The notes under the pieces are model-generated. The model did not search any database. It was not told where the DNA came from and saw only the letters and a list, made by a program, of their open reading frames with translations. From positions 1 to 64,000 of IMG/VR virus record IMGVR_UViG_3300020045_013318: a stretch of DNA of 64,000 nt, one strand, 5' to 3'. How positions within the stretch are numbered: position 1 is the first letter of the stretch; each line of letters starts with the position of its first letter. The DNA is from a virus. A program made the translations under genes and the position numbers. Positions 29,939 to 40,218 of the stretch are shown piece by piece.

Positions 29939-31147
29939 TTAAGCTGATGCTATACATCGCCACTTACTTGTAACTGTGTTCCAAATAAATCCAACATCTA
30001 GACGACTTGTAGAAACGGTAGTCGTTGGAAGTGCCACTGTGGATGCTTCAAATGAAGCACCCCATGTGATTGCCCGAGCGGCTGTTCCTGTGATTGCAAT
30101 CCAGAGGGTTTGAGCTTCGGTTGGCGTACCTGAAAGATTTGTTGTAAAGGAAGTAATCGCCTCTGTTTGGGCTGTAATCGAATAGAAGTCAACGTTGTCA
30201 GTATTGATTGTTGGAGTTGCTGACGATGTCGTAGTGCCTGTTCGCTTGGTGATTCTTTTGTTTGTAAGTGTATTTGTGCTTGAAATTGTAGGTATAGTTA
30301 CTCCCTCGACAGAAATAACTCCAGCAGAAACTCGTGCAATAGAAGTATCAGTAGCATGTCCTAATTCAATAGAGCCTACCCCTAGAGCGGTTGTTGTCGA
30401 TGCTGTAATTCCTGCAACTGGAAGTCCCGTCGCATTTGTAAGAGTTCCTGAACTTGGTGTACCAAGAGCGCCATCAAAAAGTACAGGAGCCCCAGCAGAT
30501 CCAACACTGACACCAAGAGCTGTTTGAACGCCTGTTCCAAATGTAATTGTAGATTGTTTGGCATTAAGTTGTGTCTGAATTGCCGAAGTAACTCCTTTCA
30601 CATATGTGAGTTCGGTGAGAGAAGGATAAGTAGCAACTGCTGCTGAAACAATATTCTTTGAGCCATCAGTAATGAGTATTTCTGAAGCGGTTAAGTAGCT
30701 TCCTGTTATTGAGGTTGCAAAGGTGGGAGAAGTTGAGGGAGCTTTCGCATTTATTTGTGTCTGAATTGCTGAGGTGACACCTTTAACGTAAGTCAGCTCC
30801 GTCAGTGATGGATAGGTTGCAACGGCTGCTGACGCAAGATTCTTCGATGCGTCCGTTATCACAATCTCTGAGGCAGTCAATCCTGAAACTTGGACTGCAG
30901 ATGGAGTAATTGCTCCAAGAGTCAGGGTGATTGCGGGAGTGGTGGTTGATGTTGCAACAGATCCTGAAACTCCATTAGCTGTCACAACAGAAACGTCTGT
31001 TACAGTTCCTGATCCTCCTCCAGAAACATCAGTAAGGAGTCTCCCCGTGACAGGATTGACTTGAAATGGTGTTGGAGTTGTCGAATCGACACTCGACACT
31101 CCAAGTGCGGTTGGGACATGATTCTGATCTCGTGATGCGTCTGCCAT
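29939..31147 (-). CDS. Tail fiber protein
   Basis: Thr/Ser/Gly-rich; duplicated LTASEI...SLTELTYVKGVTSAIQTQ. Confidence 0.75.
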   Translation of the reverse strand: MADASRDQNHVPTALGVSSVDSTTPTPFQVNPVTGRLLTDVSGGGSGTVTDVSVVTANGVSGSVATSTTTPAITLTLGAITPSAVQVSGLTASEIVITDASKNLASAAVATYPSLTELTYVKGVTSAIQTQINAKAPSTSPTFATSITGSYLTASEILITDGSKNIVSAAVATYPSLTELTYVKGVTSAIQTQLNAKQSTITFGTGVQTALGVSVGSAGAPVLFDGALGTPSSGTLTNATGLPVAGITASTTTALGVGSIELGHATDTSIARVSAGVISVEGVTIPTISSTNTLTNKRITKRTGTTTSSATPTINTDNVDFYSITAQTEAITSFTTNLSGTPTEAQTLWIAITGTAARAITWGASFEASTVALPTTTVSTSRLDVGFIWNTVTSKWRCIASA

Positions 31148-31157
31148 ATTGATAATT

Positions 31158-31418
31158 TTATTGATCTATTAAGACTGCTCCATCAGCGTTGACGTATATT
31201 GGAGTTGGTGTCACTCCATCGACCGAACTGACTCCCATCCATGTTGGGACGTGATTTTCATCTCTCTTCGCATCGGTTGCGGCTACTGAAATTGTACTAG
31301 CTGCATCAACTTTCATATTTCCACCTGCGTCAATCGCAATTGGTACAGGAGTCACCCCATCAGTACACAAAATTCCCATCTTTACCGGTACAAAGTTGTT
31401 GTCTCGAGGTGTTTCCAT
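31158..31418 (-). CDS. Small virion protein made of two RDxN(H/F)VP repeats
   Basis: Internal duplication; similar to tail fiber N-terminus. Confidence 0.7.
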   Translation of the reverse strand: METPRDNNFVPVKMGILCTDGVTPVPIAIDAGGNMKVDAASTISVAATDAKRDENHVPTWMGVSSVDGVTPTPIYVNADGAVLIDQ

Positions 31419-31423
31419 ATGAT

Positions 31424-31870
31424 TTATGCAGCGACTACGTTACCATCTTCTGAAATTGGTACCCAAATACAATAATACTTGAGGGTTCCTCCTGTGACAG
31501 TCGTTGTTCCAATTGTTTGAATAATATTTGCCTGACACAGTGATGGATTGGGAAGCAATTCAATTGTTGCGGCAGCTGTATCAATCCAGAATTCTCCAGA
31601 ATCAATTCCCGTTGCCGTTGTTTGAGCGAGAAGAACAGCAGTATTTCCAGAAATTCCTACCTCAAGTGTTGCAGCTCCTCCAGACGTCAGATCTCCTGAA
31701 CAAACACCAAAAATTCGAACGGCAACCACTCCAGTTACAGTAAATAATGTTGTTGCTCCTGTTGCTCCTGTTGTTCCAGCGGCATAGGTAATTTCTTTTG
31801 TTTCAACCAAGCCAAGGCTCGTGATGGGGACATGATTGGCGTCTCTTGTAAATACTGATGAGGTGCTCAT
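31424..31870 (-). CDS. Virion structural protein
   Basis: N-terminal RDANHVP; beta-rich. Confidence 0.65.
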   Translation of the reverse strand: MSTSSVFTRDANHVPITSLGLVETKEITYAAGTTGATGATTLFTVTGVVAVRIFGVCSGDLTSGGAATLEVGISGNTAVLLAQTTATGIDSGEFWIDTAAATIELLPNPSLCQANIIQTIGTTTVTGGTLKYYCIWVPISEDGNVVAA

Positions 31871-31872
31871 AT

Positions 31873-32451
31873 TTATATTCTTCCTTCTTTAAGTCTGGTA
31901 ATGCCTCGCTTGAGTTCTTCGAGGAGGTCTTTCGCCTTTGTTTCTTGTTTGACAAGCTGTTTTTCACGACTGATTAGTCCAACTCTCTCGTTTTCAAGGT
32001 GAATTTCCTTAGTTTTGAGGTCTCTTTTTATCGCAGAAATGCAATCTTGTTCAATTTTCAACGTTTTTCTGAATTCTTTCTCTCGTTCTGTAAAAAGTGA
32101 TTGTGCTTCCTCAAGATCGTCGACAAGTTTGTAAACAGATTCAGAAAAGTTTTGAATCTGAGAACAAAACTCTCGTATTTTATCATAATTAGAGTGAGTT
32201 TCATTGAGAATTCCCTGACTATCTTCAAGAAGAGTGGCTAGTTCTTTACTCAATTCTTCTGCTCGTTCAGCAAAGTAAGAATCTTTCTGTTGTTCTATCT
32301 TAAGAAGTCCTTCCTTTGCTTTGTTGATTTCCATATTGACATCAGCAAGAGCTTTGAGTGATTCCATTTTCTGTTTGTCAATTTCGTGTATTTCCATATC
32401 TATAATTGGTGGGAGGGCTTGCACCTCCATCAAATTGTCTTTGCACACCAA
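31873..32451 (-). CDS. Coiled-coil protein
   Basis: Heptad-rich. Confidence 0.65.
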   Translation of the reverse strand: MVCKDNLMEVQALPPIIDMEIHEIDKQKMESLKALADVNMEINKAKEGLLKIEQQKDSYFAERAEELSKELATLLEDSQGILNETHSNYDKIREFCSQIQNFSESVYKLVDDLEEAQSLFTEREKEFRKTLKIEQDCISAIKRDLKTKEIHLENERVGLISREKQLVKQETKAKDLLEELKRGITRLKEGRI

Positions 32452-32457
32452 CTTTCG

Positions 32458-33078
32458 TTAGTCTGTAAGCAATTTTTTCAAAGTTTCACGATTTGATCGA
32501 GGATCAAACTTGATTCCTTTTGCAGTTAGTTCAGCTACAATTTCTGCCTTATCTTGATACTTCTTTGATGAAGTTTCAGAATTTTGAGTTCCTGCTCCGG
32601 CAGTTGGTGCTGCTGAATTTGGGACATCAGTTTTTGATTGACCTTCGCCTTCCTCTTGCTTTGGTATCAATTTCTCTACCATCGCTTTATACTCTTCGAC
32701 TTTTGCCATCAAACGATCAGTCTCACTTTGAGGTGCTGCTTTTTCCTCAGTGTACAGATCAGTAATATATGACGACTTTAATGCGGTTAATTTTTCCTCA
32801 TCCCATAGTGGTACTCCCGTTGGGATCCCCGCTGGATCTTTCTCAGGTGCTCGTCTCGTCATCGTTGCTTTTGCAAGATTTTGAGCAAGTAAGTTGCCGA
32901 CGTGATAAGGAAGCATGACGCTTTCACCAGGCTGAATACCTAATGCTCCTGAAGTACCAAAGATGGGGCGTCCATCATACATAGAGCCCAGATCAGGAGT
33001 GAATGCAAAGGTCTCCTTATTTGTGAAGGTGACGACTTTGTAGTCATTTGGATTATTTTGAATTGGATTATTCATCAT
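32458..33078 (-). CDS. Hypothetical protein with C-terminal HeH/LEM-like domain
   Basis: DKAEIVAELTAKGIKFDPRSNRETLKKLL. Confidence 0.65.
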   Translation of the reverse strand: MMNNPIQNNPNDYKVVTFTNKETFAFTPDLGSMYDGRPIFGTSGALGIQPGESVMLPYHVGNLLAQNLAKATMTRRAPEKDPAGIPTGVPLWDEEKLTALKSSYITDLYTEEKAAPQSETDRLMAKVEEYKAMVEKLIPKQEEGEGQSKTDVPNSAAPTAGAGTQNSETSSKKYQDKAEIVAELTAKGIKFDPRSNRETLKKLLTD

Positions 33079-33134
33079 AAAGCCTTAATTTATAACAGAA
33101 GCTTTGTCATTCTTCTGACGGTAATGTACCGCAT

Positions 33135-33160
33135 ATTGCCTCCCAAAATTGAGAGGCAAA
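33135..33160 (-). terminator. Hairpin after capsid-associated genes
   Basis: TTGCCTCTCAA/TTGGGAGGCAA stem on minus strand. Confidence 0.4.
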
Positions 33161-33164
33161 AGCG

Positions 33165-33860
33165 TTACGCTACGTTGTAACGAACGAGAGTGTTTTGGTC
33201 AGCAGCTGCGTTTGCAACAATGGCATAACCGAGAGTCTGCTCATCAAATTCACCCTTTGCAGTAGTGCCTTTGAGAACTTGTCCTGTTGTGTCATCACCT
33301 GAAACGAAACTCTTTCCTACAACAAGTACTTCACCAGCGAGTACACGACCATCTCCTCGTTGGAGAAGCCATCCATAATCACCTGAAGTAAATGCTACCT
33401 GAGCACCACCCTGAGTCATCTGAACTTTGTCGGTTACGGCAGCCTTAACTACACTTCCCATATTAATGTAAGTGAGGTCGGAGTCGGCGACTGCAAGTGC
33501 AGTCGTCAAAGCTGTTTCTGGGTAAAGAGTAAAGGTTGTTGCTGAGTTTGTTCGAATCTTGAACGTCTGTCCTGCTCCTGTACCATCATCAACTACTCCA
33601 ATTGCATCCTCGTACAAACCTACGGTGAGAGAGTTTGCAGCTCGTGTTGCATAAACGATTCGGCTTTGAGAGTCGGTTGAAGATGAATAAAGGTCTGAAC
33701 TTGCAACTGCTGCAGGAACAGCAATGCTGCCGTTTGCAAGAGTGGTTGCGGTTACAAAGCGCCATTCACGACCATCTGGTGTACTAGCTCGTTGTCCAAG
33801 CTTGAATTCACCTCGTTGTGTAATGGTCTGGTATACGTTCTGGAATGAAATTTGGTTCAT
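33165..33860 (-). CDS. Capsid decoration/cement-like protein
   Basis: KLGQRASTPDGREWRFV...YGWL; downstream of MCP. Confidence 0.6.
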   Translation of the reverse strand: MNQISFQNVYQTITQRGEFKLGQRASTPDGREWRFVTATTLANGSIAVPAAVASSDLYSSSTDSQSRIVYATRAANSLTVGLYEDAIGVVDDGTGAGQTFKIRTNSATTFTLYPETALTTALAVADSDLTYINMGSVVKAAVTDKVQMTQGGAQVAFTSGDYGWLLQRGDGRVLAGEVLVVGKSFVSGDDTTGQVLKGTTAKGEFDEQTLGYAIVANAAADQNTLVRYNVA

Positions 33861-33951
33861 AATTTTTTCAGCCTAGGGTTCTTAGCCTTTGGCAATTTGA
33901 ATTAGCAATTCTTATTAATGCCCTTTTGGAAAGGTAGGCTAACCAACTAGA

Positions 33952-34482
33952 TTAAGTAGCTGTACAAGTGATTCCACCTGAAGTACCCGCTTGTCCAGAA
34001 ATGTACCAGTTGGTCCCATCTGAACGAAGCTCTACCCAGTCTCCTGGAAGCTCTGCTGTATTTACAAACGTAACAGTGTCTTCTGCTGAACAGAGGACGA
34101 CTGCACCTGCAACTTCGAGCGAGCCGTAGATTTTATCTTCACCTCCTGAGGTCAAGATGGTCATACTTGTTGTTGCAAAGTTTGCCGAAACAACAAACTT
34201 ATAAACAACGCCTGCTGCAGTCGCAACTGCGGGAAGAGTAATATCTACTCCTGCAGTACCGAAGTAGATGGTCTTTCCCGATTCTGAAATCGTTAAGGTG
34301 TCATCTGCAGTAGCAGTTTCAATAAGCTCTTTTGCTCCCATCTGTCCTGTAACGGTAAGGGTTCCTGGTACGGCTGTGTTCCCTGAAGTGTCAATAGTGA
34401 CACCACTAAGGTCGCACGCCTTATCAGTATTAAGTCCTTCGTACTTTACAACGGGGATATGATCTTCTAAAAGTTGTGCCAT
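33952..34482 (-). CDS. Structural protein (head fiber-like)
   Basis: ESGKT...ITLPA...GDWVELRSDGTNWY. Confidence 0.6.
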   Translation of the reverse strand: MAQLLEDHIPVVKYEGLNTDKACDLSGVTIDTSGNTAVPGTLTVTGQMGAKELIETATADDTLTISESGKTIYFGTAGVDITLPAVATAAGVVYKFVVSANFATTSMTILTSGGEDKIYGSLEVAGAVVLCSAEDTVTFVNTAELPGDWVELRSDGTNWYISGQAGTSGGITCTAT

Positions 34483-34552
34483 AATCTTTTTGTGCCCTCT
34501 CCCGTAGCCTCAAGACAATCCTGAGGCCCGAGGTCAAAGGCGTTATGTTTTA

Positions 34553-35611
34553 TTAAGTTGCTCCTGCGAGTGTTCCATTAAGTCGGCAGTTTGTTGCTAC
34601 GAAGTTTCCTGCGTAGATGAGGTAGCCAACCTTTGTGAGTTGATCGACTGGGCTCATCATCTTGCGGAATTGGAATCCACGAGTTGACTTTACGTTTCCA
34701 GGAACTCCACTAGGTGTTGCATCAGAAGTCTGCTTAAAGTTTGCAGTCATGATGTTTTCATCTTCGTAGTTGAATCCTACGAATCCGAATGCCTTAGTGT
34801 TAACGAGGAAGTACTTTCCAGATGGAACCTGCTCATCTTTCGCAATTGGAGTACCACGGAAGGTAAGGTAAACGAAACCTTGCTGTCCACCAAGTCCTGG
34901 TGTAGCAGGAACGCCTCCCCATGCATTCATACGTGGGTATCCAGCTGTTGAGAAGTTTGCTCGTACGGTTGGAGTCAAAAGAGCCTCATAAGAAGACCAA
35001 AGTGACTTTGTAGTAAGGGCAAGATCTGGTGAATCTACTCCGATTGTTACTGTGTCATCAGCTGTTGCAAGCTTTGCAAGAGTGAGGGCACCAGTAGAAG
35101 CGAGGTAGTAGCCACTCCATGCTGAGTAGGTTGAACGTGAGAGTGAACCGTAAGTCGCAAAGAGAGTTGAGTCAGATGCACCGTTTGCAAGTGAGTCCCA
35201 GTCATTTCCTGTACCGTTTCCAGTATAGAGGTTCTGAGCCATGAGAGTCATAAGAGACTGACCTTGTGAGTCAAACTCGGTGTTGAGGAGATCAACAATC
35301 TTCTCATCTCCCATATTTGCTGTCGTTTCTGCAATTGCTACAACAACAGGCTTGTTTGCTGCCTTGAGGTTGAATGATGCCTTAACACGTACGTTCTGGC
35401 GATCTGTATCAAGACGATCAGCAATACCCATGTTTCCTCCATTCGTTGTATCTGCATACTTGATTGGAAAATCGTAGGTTACTCCTGATGTCCATTCCTT
35501 TGGTTTCGAAAGGAAGGTCATAAGACCTGGAGTTCCAGTCGTTACCTGATCGAACACTTTCTTGATAATGTATTCACGAGTTGTGGTCGTGACTGCTGCG
35601 TTAAAAATCAT
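34553..35611 (-). CDS. Major capsid protein
   Basis: 352 aa after scaffold; LY.GNG, L.FRGTPI..D...P.G..F.VN. Confidence 0.85.
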   Translation of the reverse strand: MIFNAAVTTTTREYIIKKVFDQVTTGTPGLMTFLSKPKEWTSGVTYDFPIKYADTTNGGNMGIADRLDTDRQNVRVKASFNLKAANKPVVVAIAETTANMGDEKIVDLLNTEFDSQGQSLMTLMAQNLYTGNGTGNDWDSLANGASDSTLFATYGSLSRSTYSAWSGYYLASTGALTLAKLATADDTVTIGVDSPDLALTTKSLWSSYEALLTPTVRANFSTAGYPRMNAWGGVPATPGLGGQQGFVYLTFRGTPIAKDEQVPSGKYFLVNTKAFGFVGFNYEDENIMTANFKQTSDATPSGVPGNVKSTRGFQFRKMMSPVDQLTKVGYLIYAGNFVATNCRLNGTLAGAT

Positions 35612-35640
35612 AATAATTAGGATTAATTTTTGTTACTAAG

Positions 35641-36354
35641 TTAAGTTTTGAGACTCCTTAGAAAGTCGCGAGCGGTAGAGAATGCAGATGGATCTGATGT
35701 TGTGCCGATTGCTCCTGGAGATATTGAGACAGGATCTTGTCGCTTTTGTATATTCTCTGTCGTCTGCTTCTGGACAGTTTTTACAATTGCCGACATGTCT
35801 TTCATATTCTGGTATGCAACGGTCAAATCTCGAAATCCATACTTGTTCGCATGAAGGAATAACTGATTTTCATTAACGTTAGGATCAATCTTTTTTACTT
35901 CAGACAGTTGGGTTGCAACTGCTGTTTCGATTGCTTGATCTTGCTTAATTCTTTCTGTCTCCCTCTGTGCAAGTTCATTCAGTGCTGCCTCCTTTGCTGC
36001 TTGAATGATTTCCTCATATGATTGAGGAATATAATCAGGATCAGCGTAGGGACTCTTTGGAGGTTGAGGATCTGTTTGTGGAGTCGTAGTTTTTAGCTGA
36101 GCTAATTCCTGCGACTTCCGGGTGAACTCTGGCAGGAAATTATCTTTGAATTCCGTTGCAAGAGTTGCTGCGTCTACCTTTCGACCATCTGGAAGTTCAT
36201 AGAGTTCTGGCTCTGATGGCTCTGATGGTTCAGCTGGCGTAGCTGGCTCCGTTGGTTCAGTGGGAGCTTCTGGTTCGACTGGCTGACTTGGTGCTTCTGC
36301 AGGAACATTTCCTGACTCTTCACTGGCAACCACTTCGATTGATTCTGGGTCCAT
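35641..36354 (-). CDS. Head scaffolding protein
   Basis: Acidic Pro-rich N-terminus, EFTRKSQELA; between portal and MCP. Confidence 0.75.
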   Translation of the reverse strand: MDPESIEVVASEESGNVPAEAPSQPVEPEAPTEPTEPATPAEPSEPSEPELYELPDGRKVDAATLATEFKDNFLPEFTRKSQELAQLKTTTPQTDPQPPKSPYADPDYIPQSYEEIIQAAKEAALNELAQRETERIKQDQAIETAVATQLSEVKKIDPNVNENQLFLHANKYGFRDLTVAYQNMKDMSAIVKTVQKQTTENIQKRQDPVSISPGAIGTTSDPSAFSTARDFLRSLKT

Positions 36355-36465
36355 ATAATTTTACGACTGCCCCTTTCTCAACTTGGTCTTTCGACTGAAG
36401 AGAAATTGCTTGGTCAAATTATTGATTAATGAACGTGTAGGATGCGCTCGCCCCATATTGTTTTG

Positions 36466-38328
36466 TTAAATAACCGGTGGTTCTCCTTCAGGAGGAGCTG
36501 ATGCCATCACTTGTTCTGGAGTCAAAGTTCCAGGCGTAAATGGAATAGGCATCTCCTCTTGTCCAATTCCTACTGCCTCCATCGGATTCTGTTGATAGAG
36601 AACAGCATTCTTTGCCAACTCTTTTGAGTTGTCATACTGAGCAATCTCAAGGTAGTCGACTGGACTGATGTATCCTTTTTCTACATCATTCTGAGCTTGT
36701 TCAAACTTGAATTCATCATCTTTTGGAAGAGTCTTGCCTGAAATAATGGTGATCTCAGATCCTGTTTCAAAGTCGTCTTGAATAAGTTCAATTACTTCGC
36801 GAGCCCCCTCCTTGCCCATCCATTTTGCATAGTGGTATTCGGTGTATCGAGTCTTTGCAAGTTGCATGCCCCAAGAAAACATTTCATGATACGCAAAGTC
36901 GACAACTTGGACCAACTCGTTGAGGCGAAGGTATGATTGTTGAATCAAAGCAAGTCGTCCAGCCTTAGTCTCTTGGCCTTGTCTCTCTCCTCGGAAAGCT
37001 GACGTTGCTGCCATGATGTTGTCAATTTCAGATCGTGAATCAATCATGTCGTCAAACACCATTTGAGGAAGAGTTCCTCCTGTCTCTCGCTGAACACCAT
37101 TGACTACTCCCTTCCCCCAGATGATTCCTTTGGTTTCCCATCGGATTCTTTGCGCATCTGACTTCGACATTACGTCGGAATCAACTTTGACAATTCCGTT
37201 TGCGAGTTCACAATTCTCATCAATATCCATCTTTCGTTTGTCGATTCCTCTTTGAAGCTCAGCTGATAGAGTAATCATGTCAGTTCTTCCAATTGGAGAA
37301 TTTTCATTATTGAAAATTGTCGCAAAGATGTACGGCTTTCTTGGAAAGTCGAAGTAGTTGAAGTAGAATGGCTTGTATTGAATCTTTTCTTCCTGATATT
37401 CTTGTTCAGGAGTTTCTTCCTCCATTCCAATCATAGACTTCATTGCGTCAATTCCTTTTTCCATCATTCCTTTTTCAGGAGGAGGAAGTTGAGATTGTTT
37501 CCTCTCTTCTTGCTGAGTCTTGATGTCTTGAATCTTATTTCGTCTTCCTTCTCCCTCAAGGGTGGCAAGCTCTTGTTCTTCTTCTTCGGTAATTAAAATA
37601 CCATCCCAATCCCAATATGGATTCTTGATACATCCAAGAATCAGTTCATCCATTTTGAAAATTACATAGTCTTGGATCCACGCCTCTTTGTATTTGCAGT
37701 CAGGGTTCTTGATATAGAGGTCAGCCTCTTTATGAATTCCAAACTTCTTCATCAACTCTTCTTTCTTATCAGGGAATCTTTCACAAATCGCACAAAGATT
37801 GTCATTTATTTCCTCAATGACGAATTCAGAATCAACTTCCTTTCGAGCATACTTCCCAACTCGAATCTTTCGTGGATCGACTGCTCGGAAGTCAAAGTCG
37901 TTGATTTGAGGATTCCAAAAAGGCTTAATGACAAGGAGTCGAGCAAAGTAAAGATTGCGAAGTCCCATACGCATAACCTCTTTTGAGTTGAGATCAAGAT
38001 ATTTCTTTTGAAAGAATCTCTCGAGTTTACGAGCAAAATCTTGAGCGACTTCTCCATCACGAGCAGGAAGGACGTTGACGCCAGGAGGATTTGCAATTAA
38101 AGAGTTGATCACCGCCTCCATATTGACAAAGATTCTATTTGCTTGAACAATCCACTTTCGTCGAACATGATTAATGTTTTCAAGCCACGCTGACGTATTT
38201 GAATAGATTGCAACATTCTCTTTGTATACTCGTTCAAGAATATCCCAAACCTCTGACGAGGAACTCCACCGGTTGTTGACCAGATCTTTCTTTTGTGAGT
38301 CGTCAAATGCTTTGATGTCTATTTTCAT
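36466..38328 (-). CDS. Portal protein
   Basis: 620 aa after TerL; LQRGIDKR...N and G..QGQETKAG P22-like portal patterns. Confidence 0.85.
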   Translation of the reverse strand: MKIDIKAFDDSQKKDLVNNRWSSSSEVWDILERVYKENVAIYSNTSAWLENINHVRRKWIVQANRIFVNMEAVINSLIANPPGVNVLPARDGEVAQDFARKLERFFQKKYLDLNSKEVMRMGLRNLYFARLLVIKPFWNPQINDFDFRAVDPRKIRVGKYARKEVDSEFVIEEINDNLCAICERFPDKKEELMKKFGIHKEADLYIKNPDCKYKEAWIQDYVIFKMDELILGCIKNPYWDWDGILITEEEEQELATLEGEGRRNKIQDIKTQQEERKQSQLPPPEKGMMEKGIDAMKSMIGMEEETPEQEYQEEKIQYKPFYFNYFDFPRKPYIFATIFNNENSPIGRTDMITLSAELQRGIDKRKMDIDENCELANGIVKVDSDVMSKSDAQRIRWETKGIIWGKGVVNGVQRETGGTLPQMVFDDMIDSRSEIDNIMAATSAFRGERQGQETKAGRLALIQQSYLRLNELVQVVDFAYHEMFSWGMQLAKTRYTEYHYAKWMGKEGAREVIELIQDDFETGSEITIISGKTLPKDDEFKFEQAQNDVEKGYISPVDYLEIAQYDNSKELAKNAVLYQQNPMEAVGIGQEEMPIPFTPGTLTPEQVMASAPPEGEPPVI

Positions 38329-38335
38329 AACACAA

Positions 38336-38368
38336 AACGGGCAGAAACTCTTGTGAGTCTCCGCCCGT
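38336..38368 (-). promoter_or_regulatory. 14-bp leader hairpin just upstream of portal ATG
   Basis: ACGGGCGGAGACTC-ACAA-GAGTTTCTGCCCGT with G-U pairs on minus strand. Confidence 0.5.
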
Positions 38369-38437
38369 TGTTTGGGTTTGGATTGCTATTTGGCTGTTAC
38401 AGTAAGTGTACCTTAAAAAGACAACTATCACTACTGA

Positions 38438-38653
38438 TTATTCGGTGGATAACTGATGTCGTCTTGAATATAGAACGTCAGCTCGATTGATTGTTTGAAG
38501 TGTTCCATTTGAATCAAAATGAAGAATTGCGGAGCCATTTCGAATGGAAAACACATCTGATTCGATCATGATGGAAAAGGGCTCAAAATACTCCTGAAAT
38601 AGGAGGAATTTCTGCGCTTCACTATCTGGTATATATACTGCGATTTTCTCCAT
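38438..38653 (-). CDS. Hypothetical protein
   Basis: 71-aa ORF abutting TerL. Confidence 0.65.
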   Translation of the reverse strand: MEKIAVYIPDSEAQKFLLFQEYFEPFSIMIESDVFSIRNGSAILHFDSNGTLQTINRADVLYSRRHQLSTE

Positions 38654-38655
38654 GA

Positions 38656-40218
38656 TTATTGATTATTATCGCTGAATGCCCTGCTTACATCATAAACATT
38701 GTCTGCTCCAAGAACTGACGGAATATCTGCCTTTGTAACCTCTCCAAAGAATGCTCCTGATCCTTGTGAAAGCATTGCTAGATATGCATATAAATCAGCA
38801 AAAACATAGTGATCTTCTCCAGTTGTTGAATCCCAAACGTATCTCTCAATCCCTTTATTGCTGACGACTTTTGTACGCCTCAGCGTCTCATAATGCTTGA
38901 CATACAGCATGAATTCTTTATCTGCCTTGAGTCCAATTGAGTGTTTACCCTCAATCATTCCTGTCAAGTGTTTGTCAAGGATTCTATCACGATGTGAGTA
39001 GACAATTCCTTTTCGATCTCCTTCTCCCCACCATACGATTGTTTGAGGATTGTTGTTATTCTCTTGAAAGAACGACATTTTCATGAATGGGTACTTGTCA
39101 ATCAGGTATTTCGACAAAGTGTTATCAGGCATTGCGTCAATTACTCCTGCGGTGGGCTTCCAAAATGCGATTATATCATCAATTTCAGAATCTTTAGTGA
39201 TTCTTCCTATCTTAATTAATCCTAATTCACTGCGGACAACGTAGTGTTTAATGTTTCCTACGTCAATTCCAAGGAAAATATTGCCTGTTGTATTCAAATC
39301 ACGAGGAGTCCACAAGTCAAGAATGGTCGTTTTTGTGACCGAGAGGTCACCAGGACTGTAGCTTTTCCCAAGGACGAAGTTGTTGAAGTAGGCTGGATCT
39401 CCTTCCGAATCTTCAATGATTTCTTCTGGAGTGATCCAAGGACACATTAAGTGTGAAATGTGATATCCACTTGTTTTAGATCCTGGATTCTGAGCGACCC
39501 ACTTCCCTTGACGACGAACATCATCAGAGATTGGTTCTGTACATGCCCTACAAATATAGATCTTTCTCTCCATATCGATTGATTCTGGCCATTGGAGAAA
39601 GTGTTGATCTTTGCAATGAGGGCAGGTAATGGTCCACTCCTTTTGATCTGATTTGTGGAATTGAATATCGAGCTCATCTCGTTCTGTTCCTGGGTTGCTG
39701 AACATCCAACGCCCTTTGTATTGCGATGCTTTTGTACGAGATTTGTAGGTTTCAATTGCACTCTGATCTGAGCGAGAAATCTCATCGTGAATCAAGAGGT
39801 CGGCAGTTGTTGAAATGGCAGCAGTCTTTGAATTGGTACCCTTGAAGAAGATAAATCGATCATTAAGCTGCTTTCTTTCTATATTGTCGGTCTCCATTCC
39901 TTCAAACTCATGATAGTTTGCTTGGATGATTTTATTCATTTTTGACGAGACAAACTCTCGAACATCATCATCTGACGACATTGTGTAAATTGCGTTGAAT
40001 CTCAGGTATTTAATCGCAAACAGCGATTTAATTGAGAAGGTGACTGATTTCCCAACCTGAGCACAAGCTGTAAGAACTATCGTTGGATTCCAATCACATA
40101 GAATGTCAAGAAGAAAAGGACGATCAATAAAGCTGAAAGGTTCACCCTTTTCATCAACAATTCCTTCTTGGACGATCCATTGAAGGATTGAGTAGTATTG
40201 TTTAGTTTCCTTCTTCAT
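38656..40218 (-). CDS. terL: Terminase large subunit (lambda gpA-like)
   Basis: AQVGKS, HDE, SNP, SDQKEW...CPHC zinc motif, GIDVG nuclease, DHY. Confidence 0.92.
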   Translation of the reverse strand: MKKETKQYYSILQWIVQEGIVDEKGEPFSFIDRPFLLDILCDWNPTIVLTACAQVGKSVTFSIKSLFAIKYLRFNAIYTMSSDDDVREFVSSKMNKIIQANYHEFEGMETDNIERKQLNDRFIFFKGTNSKTAAISTTADLLIHDEISRSDQSAIETYKSRTKASQYKGRWMFSNPGTERDELDIQFHKSDQKEWTITCPHCKDQHFLQWPESIDMERKIYICRACTEPISDDVRRQGKWVAQNPGSKTSGYHISHLMCPWITPEEIIEDSEGDPAYFNNFVLGKSYSPGDLSVTKTTILDLWTPRDLNTTGNIFLGIDVGNIKHYVVRSELGLIKIGRITKDSEIDDIIAFWKPTAGVIDAMPDNTLSKYLIDKYPFMKMSFFQENNNNPQTIVWWGEGDRKGIVYSHRDRILDKHLTGMIEGKHSIGLKADKEFMLYVKHYETLRRTKVVSNKGIERYVWDSTTGEDHYVFADLYAYLAMLSQGSGAFFGEVTKADIPSVLGADNVYDVSRAFSDNNQ

